Source of the DNA: Octopus bimaculoides
Taxonomy: Eukaryota
Direction: 5' to 3'
Length of the DNA stretch: 64,000 bases
NCBI RefSeq assembly: GCF_001194135.2
Contig: NC_068998.1
Location: 54,980,534 to 55,044,533, forward strand
In this document: positions 1-14,154 of the stretch, one piece after another
Layout: every line of letters begins with the position of its first letter
Numbering within the stretch: the stretch's first letter is position 1
Made by a program: the position numbers and the translations under genes
Notes under the pieces: model-generated
The model's database searches: none
Told to the model about the DNA's origin: nothing
Seen by the model: the letters and a program-made list of their open reading frames with translations, nothing else

Positions 1-173
1 GAGTTATGCTGTGTGGGACTATCTCCTAACCTCATCTTTCCAAAGACTTTTATTACGTTCTTTGTTTTGCAATGTTTTGAATCAGTCAACAGAAAGAATA
101 ACTAGACATGTAGACACCAATATCGTTCATGCAAAAAGATTAAACATTTAAACTAAGATTTTTTCATCATCAG

Positions 174-175
<2 letters not shown>

Positions 176-250
<75 letters not shown>
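176..250. repeat. (TA)n(GA)n compound microsatellite, one of many (e.g. 13145-13235, 17583-17640, 30400-30680, 54360-54406)
   Basis: Direct reading. Confidence 0.95.
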
Positions 251-253
<3 letters not shown>

Positions 254-1294
254 CAGTATAAATGAAAACATGAGGTAATGTTTCAATTTCTAATTAGAAT
301 GTAATCAGTTATTTTTTTTATCATTTTGCCTGGGATGGTGGGTCTATGTGCATGGCATTTTCAACTCAGCTTACACTAAAAGTTACTCAGACTAATCTAG
401 AAAATATTTAGTTTGTGCGTATCAAGCACAAACATTATCTTTTTTTAATCCAAACTAAATAAGTATCAAATGGTAGAGAGAGAGTTGCTCTTTCAATAAT
501 TCTGCATTCATATGTTTAGTCTTCTTCTGTTTATCAATCTCCAGGGCTAAATCAAACATTCTAATTGGTTTCAAACCACACATCACAAACGTTATTGGCC
601 ATTCTGAAACTAACAGCATCAAACCCTTCAACTGAATACAGAAAGTAGAATTAACCGAACTCTAAAATATATAATTTAAAAAAAAAATATTAATGTAGTT
701 TTAATTCAAATTGTTTCTAAAGGATTAAAATAATTCTCCCATGAAGTTAATAAATAATTTATCATGAATAGATTGTTTCAAAGTTTTCAAGAATAAAGTA
801 TTTCTTTACTTTGAAAATGAAGGGCTTCTTTTGGAAAGAAAGTTTCTTGATTTACCATTTTTGATATAATTTTGAATCAGTTCTTGTGTTAACTGTTCAG
901 CTCTGTATTTCAGCAATATTTTCTATTCCGTTCTTTGCACAGCTTTAGTTACCATCAGGTCATATTTGATTTCTATAGTTTATTTTCATTTACAGCTTAA
1001 TATTAATTTAAAAAAACAATTTAGTGAAGGTCAAGGTTGTCTTTACCAAATGCTTTGAATTTGTTGACCTCTACATTCGGCTGTTTAGCCTAATCTTGTT
1101 TCTGTTTTTACTCACCAAACTACATGTCATATTTTATGAGATGCCATCAAAAGCCAGGCAATTAGCCATCTAACTGTTACAAAAGTAACATACACAACAT
1201 CTGTTTTACTTTTCATGTCTTCCTCTCAGTGTTCTTTCACTACTTCTGTTTCAACAGTTTCAATGTTTTTCATGCAATACAGAAACATCCTACC

Positions 1295-1326
<32 letters not shown>

Positions 1327-3669
1327 GGATATTTGTAAAAAGCATTGAAAAAAATCTAGTGTTTATTCTGTTGCCTTAAATGTCTCGCAATATGGGGAGA
1401 CTGTACTTCTGCAATGTTAAGTTAGTGAATTTACCATTTTTCTCGTAATGGTAATATCAGACAGCAGTCATATGGTAATACCAGGCAATAATCTCTGAGT
1501 CAGTTGCCACTTTTAAGCTGAGACTTCAAATGTTTCACGGTAGTGCTTTTATATTTCTCATCATCATCCCTCCCTAGTTGTTGTTGTTAGTATTCGGCTG
1601 AGAGAGAGTCAACACCTCCCACACGTTCTGTCTTCATATTTTGTCAAAAAGGGGAGAAAAAAAAAAACAAACTCTTTTATGTATTAAAACTAAATATTGA
1701 CATAATTATAAAACATTCATCTGAATGGAAACGAAGCATGAATAAAGGGAAGAAATGAAGGCCACATCTTCTACATTGCTTTGTTGCATTAGCAATCATG
1801 TTATAGATACCAACCCAAATTTAGCATTTAAATTAGTTTTGTCTTCATCTTAAAACAATCTCGTTTAATCCAGTGTATTTGTGTTCTCTGTGGGAAGAGA
1901 AGAAGGTTACAACAAAGAGCTCTGCCATTAGTTAACTGGTGGGGTTTACAAATGGGGAGGAATATTTTCAAGTGATTTGAAAAACAAAAATACATTCATA
2001 ATTAGAGGCCAACGAAACTGTCTACAAAACTTGGAGGAACTCAGAAAAATAACCAAACAAATAATGGTATGGAAAGAATCACTATAAATTCTTGCTCAGA
2101 CTGTAGCACAAGACAAGCAAATTTAGAGAACCAAACTTTAACAATTCTACAATGGAAATTATCTTGAACAAAAAAAAGCAAACTGAATAATTTTTTGAAA
2201 AAAATGTTTTTCAAAAAATAATTATCTGCTTCAGTATAGATCAGACTTGTAATTCTGTTCAATATTTGATTGGCACCAGTATTAGCAGCATCAGTTCTAT
2301 TGTATTATTGAAGACATGATCTATTGTTGTTCAAATTACATGAATGCTGGGAAATGTTGAATGAACATGAGTTGAAGCAGGTAATTGATAAGCAGAATAA
2401 TAATGATCAGCAAGACATTGCTTAGTTTACAGTATCTGATTATAGATTTATTGGTTTATCCAGAGGGAACAGGTTTAAAGGATAGTATTTTAGTTCAATG
2501 ATATTAAATTTTTCAGTTGGTTCATTGTGAATGTAAAGAAGAACCCATCTGGCAAGAAGCTGATGTTAAGAGGCATCGATGAAAAGGTTTTTTTAGTTAA
2601 GAGAGAGAACATCATATCAGCCATATTAGGTCTAAATTTTACAAAGAAATATCAATTACCATCAGAATTGTATTCCGTTTCCTTAGTAAAGCCAAATACA
2701 TGAAAGCTGGGTAGTTAAGTGGTTATAATAAATTAAATAATAGTTGAACCTTGTGATTAACATTGTGTTATTATTTTGAATAAAACACATTTATCTCTTT
2801 ACTTCAGCCAAATTAGTTGAATGCTTTAGAAACAAGATTCTATAGATTTTGGTTGTTAAATTAGCTTCATTTTTGTTTCTTAAATTTCAATTTTGTCATA
2901 CTGACCTGAATTGAATTTGTCTCCATACATCTCATTTCTGGTTTATTTTGTCTAAGAGATCCAAGGTTCTTAATTTTGACCTCGTTACTACATTTCTGCT
3001 GTTCCTTCTGTTCATTCTAAATTATGTTGCCTTACTCTCAGCCCTTCATTAGGCAACCATTATGCATTTACATGTCCGTGCAGGCATTGTTGTCTCTACT
3101 GCATAAATCTGCCAATGTCTTTGATGCACAATCACTCACTCCACACATCTTGTCTTAATTCTTTCCATGAATCAATGCTGAACAGCTGACAGACCACAAA
3201 CACATTGTCTTTTTCTCATTGCAGCTCTTTTGTAGCAACTGGCTATGTTTTAGTGTTATACAACCCTAACCCTCTCCCCCACCATGCCTCTAATCTCCCC
3301 CACCATCCCCCTCATTATATCATACAATATCCTTTCATTACTTTTATCTCTAATATTAATTAAGCACTTAAGACAGCCATATTCTTCAATTCAAGGCAGA
3401 AATGAATGGGAAATGTTTGAAACATCAAACTTTTATTACACTTTTCACCTGTTTATGTCTGAAGGCTTTACATACATTTTAGGAGAAAAATATCAAACAT
3501 GTTTTATTACAAAGAAAAACTAACAAAATAAACATGGTTCACTAACATTGAAGAACTGAGTTAAATTCTGTGAGGTTTTGTTCAACACAAACTATACATC
3601 TATATAAACAATTTTGAATATAATTGTTATTATAACATGTAGGAGACTTGATATCAATATAATAATAAA

Positions 3670-3830
3670 TGTTTTTAATTTAGGTCAAAGTTCAGCAATT
3701 TTGAGGTGATGGAATGGGGTGGTTGATTGATTAAATTGTCCTCAATACTTCACTGGTACTTAGTTGATCCCAGAGGGATGACAGGTGAGGTTTTTCTGTG
3801 GGATTTGAATGTAAAGAGTCAAAACAAATG
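3670..3830 (-). mobile_element. Diverged SINE family 1
   Basis: cagcaattttgagg...cactggtactta...gggatttgaa. Confidence 0.6.
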
Positions 3831-3873
3831 TCTCAAGGTATCTTGTTCAATAATGATTCTACCAGTCCACAAC

Positions 3874-4154
3874 ATTATTATTATTATTGAGTGAGAGAGC
3901 GGTGCATGCCATCAAAGTGACACTGGAGTAAAATATACGAAGCCCAGTATACCCATCATGACTACCCGTCTGATAAGGGTACACCAGGCACATGCATCAC
4001 AACCATATGTGCACAACATGGTGATCTCATATCAAGATAAACAGCGCATGACCTTGCGGGTGGGGTCCAGTTAGAATTTTCTTCAGGTCAAGTAGCCCAT
4101 CCCGTTCAAAAGGTCCCTGAATAAAGGTTGTTTAAGGATGTTGAACAAAACACG
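3874..4154 (-). mobile_element. Non-LTR retroposon 3' end with (AAT)n tail, abutting the Helitron fragment
   Basis: Higher-GC block ending (on -) in an AAT-repeat tail; Helitron homology stops exactly at its edge. Confidence 0.6.
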
Positions 4155-4628
4155 CATGAAGTAAATTTGGAGGAACTGTAGTTGTTCATTTGTGGGTAAC
4201 AAGGAATCAATGAGGTGATAGACTTGCCCTTGAACTATGAATGTTAGCATAAATCCATGTTTAACTATCTTCTTAGATGCACCAAATGATATCATTTGAA
4301 ATGCAGTGTTGTATTGTCTGATATTGTTCAGAAAATCCTTTGACTGGATGGAAGTGCCTTCCAGAAGATCCATAAGAGGTTGAGGAGGAGCTGGTAGTGC
4401 TGGCAATCTTACCTGACCGCCTGAGCAGCACATACCATTGGTTTCATTTGGAAATTTTAAAGCTTTGCAGAAATGACAATTTGTGTTTAGCATACCAATT
4501 TGGACAAAATTATCATCTTTATAAGAATGAGATGGATTATATCTGAAAGCAGCTCCAAGAGTTGTGAAGAACGAATTTGTATGTAGTCTGTTTCTGAGAG
4601 CTATTCTATTGGGCCTCTGTCTAATCAT
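4155..4628 (-). mobile_element. Helitron Rep/helicase N-terminal fragment
   Basis: C.FC.ALKFPNET.GMCCSGGQVRLP.L..PP.PL..LL...FLNNIRQYN.AFQM.SFGA...GFM.TF.VQGQVYHLI.SLLP....FLQIYF is the characteristic Helitron_like_N region. Confidence 0.9.
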
Positions 4629-6267
4629 TAAAACATTGATTTAATGATCCAGTATTAAGTGCTGCAGCATGCATTTGCTGATCTTGGGAAAGTCTCATGA
4701 ATCACTTTACCGAGAATTTCAACTGAGCAAACTTCTGTTGCTTGTTCTGTGCTGAATTCTATTCATAACAGAAACTCAACTTGCAAAACACTAATCCTGT
4801 TATAAGACTGTTTGAATGTACAAAGCTCAATGGCTAAAGTTGTAAAATCAAACTAGAGTATTGTAGCCTGTATGATACAGAATGGTTTGTTGATTCAAAC
4901 CAAAATGACATTCCTTAAATCAATGTTAATATTTTCCAAGAAACTTGGCTCTTTCAAATATAAATGTTTATATTGCAACTCTGACATCCATCATTTCTTT
5001 TGGAAAAACCAGCCATGAGAAATGGCTCTGTAATAATGCTTACTTAAAAGTAACTTTCTTTTTTGAGATCTCTATCTTAAAAATCTTTTATATCTTTTAA
5101 ATACATTGGTTGCCAAGTAAAATTTTCATCAATTGGAAAATTCCATTCTTTTTTGTTTTTATATAAATAACTTGTGTCATTGGATCACTTCATTCTGTTT
5201 GTCTCCATTACTTTAATATCATTATTTCTGGCTACATCAATATTCATGTAAACAACCACAAAAATGATGGTAGAATTTCTTAACTTGGCAACAGTTCTCC
5301 ATGTTTGAAGACATTAACAAACCTATTTATGAAGCTAGCAACAAAATAGATTCTGCTCAAACAAGTAAAACCATTTCATTGAAGGATATTAAAATAATTG
5401 CCCAACTGATAGTAAGCAGAGCCAAACATTCTTTAAAATGCAACACAACAGAAATATTCTTTGTTCCTCCAAATATATCAATGATTGCAACTGAAGAAAT
5501 GGAGAGCAATAACTGTGTGTGTGTGTGAAACCTTATGTGGAAAGAAAATAATTTAGATTTCTTCGACTTCTTCTTAACACCAATCTTCATGGCACAATGT
5601 CAGATATTCAACAACATATTTTGCAATAGAAAACATCAACGTACAAAAACCAAAGGACGGAGAGAGAGACACACATTCCTTTTGGTGAGAAATTCTACAT
5701 GAATTCAACCAATATATAAGAAACAACAGAGGCCAAATATATTGAGCTCTTGAAAATATGACTGAAGAAATGCAAATGTTGAATATAGATGTAGGAACTT
5801 TGTTTCAAACCAACTGTAAAAAAAAAAGGAGAAAAAAAAAACTAAGAAAATCTGTAAAGTCTAAAATAAAAGAGATAAAACTTGAACACAGCTGTATAGT
5901 CAATGAACATATAAGAGGAAAACTGTTCTTCACATATATAAAACATTTTAAAAGTCAGAAGGATAAAGAGAAAGTTATAAAAGAAAAGACATTGACAAAA
6001 CATTTTATGTTGAATTCTGATGTCTTTCTCTATCTAAGATGGCGACTGAAAGATAGAGCACATTTCATAGAGAAAAATCAAGCTTTTTGAAGTTCATCAA
6101 AAAAACTTTCTAGTTTCTGAAATGAATTGCTTGACAGGCAAGAATTGAGCCATTTTGTCCACTATGATTACATCTGTCCTTGATGAGGGGGGAATGTGTC
6201 TGTGGTCACACAATTTACTAGAAAAACAAAATGCAACCAAATTTCTGTAGGTTTACACAACAAATTT

Positions 6268-6615
6268 TTACTCCTCCTTCATTGACAAAATATAAAAGAA
6301 AATCTCTAACCTTTCTCTTAATCTTCTTCTTATTCTGACAACTATACTTTCAGAACATCCTCCTCCACTGCTAATTATGTCACCTAATTCACAGAAACTA
6401 TCTATTACTTCTTGTGAATCTCCGGGGCATTTGAGGAAACCTATTTTCTGTATATCTTTAGCACCTGTGCATCTTACACACACAAACACTTTTCCATTAG
6501 CCTTCCTGTGATTCCACTGTACTACTTATGTATCCATAACTTGCACTGAGTAGACTGTATGAAATTTCTATCGACACCTTTCCTACATATCAAAATTATG
6601 CCATTTACCTGAAAG
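6268..6615 (-). mobile_element. Degenerate RTE-clade LINE reverse-transcriptase C-terminal fragment
   Basis: CPGDSQEVIDSFCELGDIISSGGGCSESIVVRIR matches the RTE motif LEVV..F.YLG..IS..GGC...I..RI. Confidence 0.8.
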
Positions 6616-7136
6616 GAAACTTCAAACCAATTGTACTTATATTATTGCTGAGATCATCCAGCATTAGAAATTGATTAACAAAATAAAGGTGCATTAATGC
6701 CATGTGGTCTTCTTCTTTGACTAATCTCTTTTAATCTGCTCCTGGAAGCTGCTTTAAACTTTGTAGTACCAGTTCTTAAACCAAAAGTCTGTCCTGATCA
6801 AGCAGACATATGATCAAAACTGTTCCAGTCATGACCATCCTGTCTTTTATTTGTTTAGACATAGTATGTATAAGACCACATTATTTCATGTGTTCTGTTT
6901 TAAGACAGTGGGTGGGGGAGATTTTTAGTGCCATTTTTTTGTGAGGTGAGTAACTTTACTTGTTTGTTCATCAGAACCAGTCAGGAGTAGAAATTGGTGA
7001 TATGTAGAATATTCTGGTTCCAAAATAAAATTTTTAAAAAAGTACTGCCACTGGTTATCAGAAAAATCTAGATTTCAAACACAAGATAAAGACTTCTTCC
7101 TATGGGCTTTGATTATTAATTTCTAGATATAAAATG

Positions 7137-7465
7137 ATACCCAGGAGGAATGAAAAGCAAAGTTGACTTCTGTGGAATTTGAATTCAGAACATGGAACTA
7201 CTGCAAGGCATTTTGTCTGACACTCTAACAATTCTACCAGTTCACTGCTATAAGAATAATTCTTTCTAATTTTGGCACAAGACCAACAATTATGAAGAGA
7301 GGGGGAAGGTCATTTACAACAACCCCAGTACACAACTGGTACTTATTTCATTGACCCTGAAAGGATGAAAAGCAAAGTCAACCTCCTCAGGATTTGAACT
7401 AAGAATGTAAAGACAGCGGAAATGCCATTAAACATTTTGCAAGATGAGCTTTGGAGCAATGACCA
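7137..7465 (-). mobile_element. Two tandem copies of tRNA-derived SINE family 1
   Basis: Core ...actggtacttattt.attgaccctgaaaggatgaaa.gcaaagtcaacc...atttgaact, repeated and shared with copies at 3670, 16771, 22840, 31058 and 45887. Confidence 0.8.
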
Positions 7466-8675
7466 TTAAATCTTTACTTCATGTCAGGTCAAACACTTTT
7501 TTAAAATCTACAGCTGGAAATAAATCTAAAATATTTGGTGAAGAAAACATTATTAATGTAAGTGGTCTGGTTTTTCTATTCAGAAAAGGAATAGACTGCA
7601 GATTAGATACATTTTACCAGAATTACAAAAAGGTTTGGCAGTAGAAATTACGTGTCAACTGTTGCTTTTTATGGCACGAAAACCTGAAGAGAAATAGCTT
7701 GATATTGCTTTTTTTTTTCTTTGTAACCTAAAGTAGTTATTACATTAACGACATGAGCTGTTGTTTGACATAAAGAAAGTATTGATTAGGCTATTAAAGA
7801 GAAAAAGGTTTGATCTAGCACAGGTTTGCCTAATTACTTAAAAATATATTTTATATAACTCTCAAAATATATCTTTCACTTAGAAGTGAAGTAAAAAAAT
7901 ACAGCAAGTAATAGGCACCATAAAAGGGGATAAGTTAGGAGTATATTGACAAAATTTCATTGGAGACTGTCAGTTTTTTTTTCAGTCAACAAGTTTACTT
8001 TCTCTATAGTTTTATTGCTGAGTAATGTCATAAAATGACAGAAGCAGGAGTTGTAACACTTCAAAAGTAAACTGAAATTAGATTAGTTAAAATTGATCTT
8101 TCTCTGGCTTCAATAAGTCATTCACTCTCGCTGATAAACTTCATAACTTTTCATTGGTTAATTACTAAAAATGCAAAAAACATTTTCAAATTCAGTTCTC
8201 AATATTTCTGTGTTTTTGATGTTATGGTAATAAGTAGCTTGTTTTTCTCAAATGCTGAAGCACTTGTGCCATCATCGGATTTCCATCATTTCAAAACTGG
8301 TTTCATAGAATATTTGAAAGATCTTAGCATTTCTCTCTAATATTGATTTCTTACCATAGAGACAAGGTTAATTTTCAAATTTTGAACTCTGGAAAAGCAT
8401 GAAACAAAACTCAGAAAGGCATTTACTTTGACAACAGACCATTTCTGCCAACTTGCTGTCATTCATTGCTTCTAATGTTAAAAGCTAATCTTGATGCTCA
8501 AACTCAATATCTTCAAAAACCTAATTAATTACATTTTTTTAACTCAATAAACTGCAACTCAATAAATCACTTCTCTACAATAAAACAATTGGCTGAAGAA
8601 AGTGAAATTGGTTGCCAGACATTCTTCTTATTCAGAGACGATGCAATAGTATTTGTAAGAATTGGGCAAGATGCG

Positions 8676-8708
<33 letters not shown>

Positions 8709-9101
8709 CATAAAATGCAAGTATGGACTCAATTTGTTTGACTAAAACCCTTCAAGGTGCTGCTCCAGTATGGTTGCAGTCCAATGACTGAAATAAGTAA
8801 AAGATAAAAGATATGTACAGCACACCCCTACATGTATCTGTTTACATTTATTCAAAACTTTACTTGCAGTCACCTGTTAACTTGAGTATTTAATTAATTG
8901 AATCAGTTGGTCCTACTTTCAAATCCAGCCAGATGAGGTTAATGATGGTTGTTTCTGATTGGACCCTTTTGGAGGAGGTGACTGAAGAAGACTCTACCCC
9001 TACAACCCTCCTAGGAATTGTGGGTGGCAAAAATAGATAGAATCAATGAAGTGAAATCCTATTTTGGTTCTTATTTTTTCTGGATTACAAAAAAAACTTG
9101 C

Positions 9102-9509
9102 TAATCCATTAAACACTAAAACAGAGGTGGGATCAATTCATTCTTTTATTAATGGTGAGACTTAGCAGAGCTTAGCAGACTATATTAGCAAATAAATGAG
9201 AGACAAGTTGAATTTTCAGTAGAGATAAGTCCAGCTGGCAAACACTGAAATTTGTGCAGTATCATCTTAAACTAGTTATATCACTTTTCTAATGTGGAAA
9301 GTACAGTGTCTGGGGAATAGACTTGTTTGGGGAAATCAAATTGTTGATACTGCAAGAGCATCAGTGTTTGCCAGCTGCTGGTCTTATCTATTTAGAAAAT
9401 ACAATTTATCTCATGTATTTCTCATTTATTTACTAATGTAGTCTGCTGGGTTCCACCATTAATAAAATAATGGGTTGGCTTCACCTCTCTTTTAGTTTCA
9501 GGTGGATTA
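9102..9509. mobile_element. Older MITE/fold-back element (~165-bp diverged inverted arms, 80-nt spacer)
   Basis: 9102-9264 aligns to the reverse complement of 9345-9509 (taatcca..., ttttattaatggtg, agcagact.ta.tag.aaataaatgag, cagctggcaaacactga, gcagtatca). Confidence 0.75.
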
Positions 9510-9823
9510 ACGAGTCTGACTCTGAAGCTTTTTTTGCAGCCCAGAAAATAAGAACTGGTATAAATATTTTAGTTAATTAATTAAACACTTGATTTCAGAA
9601 AACTGATTATCACCGCATATATAGCTTGAACACTCACACACATTATGTTGCTCAAACCATTTATGTTTGGCGATGAGTTGTGATTTCTTGTTATAATTTT
9701 ATTGGAATCTTTCTTCTTTTATAGAAATTTGATTCTTCGGTAGATTTTCAAATGAAATCAGTTAATAAATCACATTTGAATTACAATGTATATAAAAATG
9801 TATAAATATACTAGGTTCTTGTT

Positions 9824-10031
9824 GACATCGTTTCCAGCTGGCTATACAACACAATCTGTGTCCTTATATTTTCGAACAAGGGAATCTAGCACCCCCACTC
9901 AGCTCAAAACAATATCTGTGTATCGCGATTTCCAGGTTATTATTGTTTTGAGCTGAGTTGGGGTGCTAGATTCCCTTGTTCGAAAATATAAGGACACAGA
10001 TCGTGTCGTATAGCCAGCTGGAGATGATGTC
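9824..10031. mobile_element. Young fold-back element (91-bp arms, 26-nt loop), related to the 34.1-kb element
   Basis: 9824-9914 vs reverse complement of 9941-10031: 5 mismatches in 91; right arm homology to the 34.1-kb arm extends to ~10075. Confidence 0.85.
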
Positions 10032-11941
10032 TCCTGGGGCTAAATTACAGCAACATTCGTCCAAAACCAGGACTGCCATGTTATGTTGGCAAACAATCTT
10101 TACTCCAAATCATTTATTGTTTACCAATTCCACCATTATTGTTACCATTTGTGAGCTCTATCATCAAGCCAAACATCAGTCAATGCACTCTGCTGCTGCC
10201 ACTTGTGACAAGAACAAATTCTATGCCATTCTTTTCTCTGCATTTCAATCTGTTATATAACTGCTAGACTTAAATCTTAAGTACTACAATAGCTTTATTG
10301 AAGAATATACTACAAATATAAAAGCATTTTCAGAATCAAATAGCATTTCTTCCACAGAAGCCATTATAATTAAATTTCTAATGAAAATTCAGACATTTTG
10401 TAAGGGGGTGTGTGAGTGACAAGAAGTGGGGTGGTAGGGGGAGGGGGGAACATTGGGTTTAAAATTCATTGACTAAATATTAGTTTATTCTGTAATATTT
10501 CTATATTTGACACATTTTGTGATTTTCACTGACTTGCCATGCATTTAGTATAATCAACAAAAGATGCTGAATTAATGCTTTCTGATAATTCATACAATAT
10601 TTAAACGTTTTGTGGTTTAAGGATAAACTAAAGGCAAAGAGAAAAGGGCTAGTATCAGGCGGGATTCCAAGGGAGCACTTTTTATTTAGATTTGTTTTTG
10701 TATTAGTTTCAGTCATTAAACTGTTTGTGGCCATGCTAGAGCATTGCCTTTTTAGGGTTGACTCACGACCAGTATTTTATCAGTCTCTAAAAGACAAAGT
10801 GAACTTGGGCAGGGTTTGAAGTCAGGACATAAGGCAGCAAAGGATGATTTTTAAGGATGTGATGTAAAAGGTGTTTATTCTAAATGAAGGGTAACATCTT
10901 GTTAGCCATTCTGTTTTGACCCTTCTGTGTAAGGTTCCTAGATGAATATAGCCGGGTATAATGGACATGTTTCAGAGCATGACAACTAATGAGGATTCCA
11001 AGATGAAACTGATCCAAACGTAAAGAAACACCTCTGAAGTTGAGGCTAATGACTTGAAAATAACAATGGTTCATTTGAGAACATTAAATGAGTATTTAAC
11101 ATTTAATGTTGAGTACACGTGGTAGGAAACTTATGTGATTTGGGTGCAGTCTACTGGAAGTAAAATCACTAATCCATAAGATATCGACTGAACAGCTAAT
11201 TCCAACGATGGCATTAAATCTGGCCAAAATAGTGCAAGACAATAATATGACCAGTTTTCCAAACACATCTTGTTATCGTAAAGTGGCTGACAATCTCAAA
11301 TATTATCAATAGAAATAGATGACTAAATGCATTCCACCCAGAAAAATAATTGAGAAATGATTTCAATTACTAAAGTGGGAAAACAAAAGTTATTCATTCA
11401 TTAGTTTGAGCTGATATGTATTTAGGTTAACCTCACCATTGCTAGTTTAACCAGGGTTCCTTTAAAACCTTCCTATGCATTATAGCTGCCCTTATACAAA
11501 TCTTTTGTTTGTAGAATCTAACTTCTTTTTATTACTTCTAAACTACCTCAGCTCAAATCTTCTGCCCCAAGTTACTCCTAATCTTTATCTTGTTACACTA
11601 TTTTTACAGAGACCCTATTCTTTCCCTGCCTTTCTTTCACTCTTTTTTTTTTTTTTTTTTTTAGAGAGAGAGAATAAACAATGCCTATTCTTAATTGTTT
11701 ATGATATGGGAAAAGGGATTTGTTAAATATTACAAGTTTTAGTATTCCTGTATAAATAGACACAGTGCCATGGATTAGCAGAAAACCTCTGAGCGACAGA
11801 TTGTCCTGTGGTATTCTTTCTTGTTCTCTGCACTCCTGAGTTCAAATCCTTGCAGTGTCAACTTTATTTTTATACTTTGTACTTCACAAAAAAAGTACCA
11901 GTCCTGTACAAAAGTTGATCTCTCTCTCTTTTTCTCTCTTT

Positions 11942-11986
<45 letters not shown>

Positions 11987-12346
11987 ACCCATAGCATATC
12001 TAGTGTTCTCAGTCTAGTTGTTTTTGGTTTCCATTGCCTTAATTCCAGTCTCCATTCTTGACTATGATTATGTCTGTAAGAGTAAAAGATCTATTTATTC
12101 TATTGGTAAATACTTTATTCTTTTTATTTTAGAGTTTTGGTTTTAAATCATCTCTAAAAGTTGAATTATAGAATATTTTTATGTCCATTTTCTCTGAAAT
12201 GTATTGGGGAAAAAAATGTGATTTCATAGGTTTTGTAAATTCTTAGACTATAATTAATATTAGATATTGATAAAACCAACAAACTGCTGCTCTAAAATTC
12301 TAAGTTATATGATATTAGTTAACATACTAAAGCATTTGAAGTTTAC

Positions 12347-12381
<35 letters not shown>

Positions 12382-13141
12382 TTGATATTGAAAATGTTTT
12401 ACCCAGACAGAACAATTGATTAAAGTCTTATTTCCAAAGCTTTCCTGGCTGCTAACTTCTTACTGGGTAAAAAAAAAAAAAAAAAGAAAGAAGGAAAAAG
12501 CTGTCAAGTTCTCAGCCAACCTATTTTCTCCTCCTCTTCCATTACTATGAGTTACTACTAAGGTAACTGGATCATTGCTGCACCAGCAGCCTGAATCATG
12601 GGATCAGTGATGTTAAAGCTGAGTTTCAATCAATAGACAATCGGTGGCCTACTAAGACACAGCTTATCACCACCATGCTTGTACTTTTACTACTTTGCCT
12701 TAAACCCAGTATCTCTTGAACAAATCTAGAATAATAGCATCAGGAGTCTTCATGAAATAAGCCATTAAATACAACTGGACAATTTTTTTTTTGTCTCAAT
12801 AGTGTTTTAGGTTTGTTTGAATTTTGTGTTTTTTAACAATAACCTTATAAAAGCTCCAATAGTTATCTAGATGCTAATGTATCATTTATCTTGCATCATT
12901 TTAACTGTTTTCACTTGTGTTTCTGAACAGATTTTAACAGCAACATTGAAGGTTGTATGAGATTAGTTGAGAAGTCTTTTCTTAATGGAAACATAACTAC
13001 ACACTCATTCATATTTGTTTGATTCCATTTGGAAATAAAGTCAAAATTTCAACATTTGTTTAGAATAATATATATAGAATTTGTTTTTATTCTAACATAT
13101 AATTCAATCAAGCATATATTTTTAAAGTAAAATTTTGTAAC

Positions 13142-13237
<96 letters not shown>

Positions 13238-14045
13238 ACACACATTCACACTATAGATTTCTCTTTTTAATACATATGTCAATCAGGAATCTTAGTATGA
13301 TCTCCAGTTATATACTGAACATTTTAAATTAATTACCAGTTATCATTTGCAATAATTATAAATCAATACCTGTTGATTAGAGCGAACAGCTTTTCTTCTC
13401 ACTTTGACACTTTGAAGCAACATGTGACCAATTGTAAAGGACAATTGTTCCAGAGACAAATTATTAGGATTTACATAATGACTTTCTGGTTCTCTGCTGC
13501 TTGTAACTATTAGAAACAGAGGTGTGTGTGAGTGAGAGAAAGAGAGAGAGAGAGAGAAAACGCTGGTTTGGAACAACTTCAATATCAAGTTACTTATTAA
13601 TGAACTTGCTGAAAATTATAAACAATTTTTGTAAGCCATCAACTCTTTTACACCCAGTTTTTATGCTGCTGGTTGTTTCAAAGCTGTATTCTCTGGTGTG
13701 AACTGAATTATATTTTCATGACCAAACTCTTGAGGCCTTTTGTTATACTTGGCATAAATAGCTAACTAGATTATGGATGGAAATCTCTAGATTGAAAAAA
13801 ACAGAAAAACTGAGAGCTTTTGTGAACAATGCCAAATTCAAGAGGATTTGTAAGAAGTGTAAAACTTGAGATAAAAATAACCATTCTCATTTGCTAAACA
13901 AATATTGTTGCTACCAAATTGACAAAGGTAACAATCTCTTCCAAACATTTCCATTGAATAATTAAATTATAACAATTATTATAGTCCACACTCTGCATTG
14001 TTGTGCCATTCAAGACACATTATATTTTACAAACAATATTTCAAA

Positions 14046-14154
14046 TTAGATTGGAGCCTGGTGTAGTCATCCGGTTGCACCAGTCCTCAGTCAAATCGTC
14101 CAACCCATGCTAGCATGGAAAGCGGACGTTAAACGATGATGATGATGATGATGA
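14046..14154 (+). mobile_element. 5'-truncated RTE-type 3' tail with (GAT)n
   Basis: gtccaacccatgctagcatggaaagcggacgttaaacgatgatgat; related copies at 28519, 38611, 51460, 54720 and 59540. Confidence 0.75.

Noticed and set aside
1921-2700. Possible CR1/L2 reverse-transcriptase fossil
   Set aside because: Too degenerate to translate convincingly
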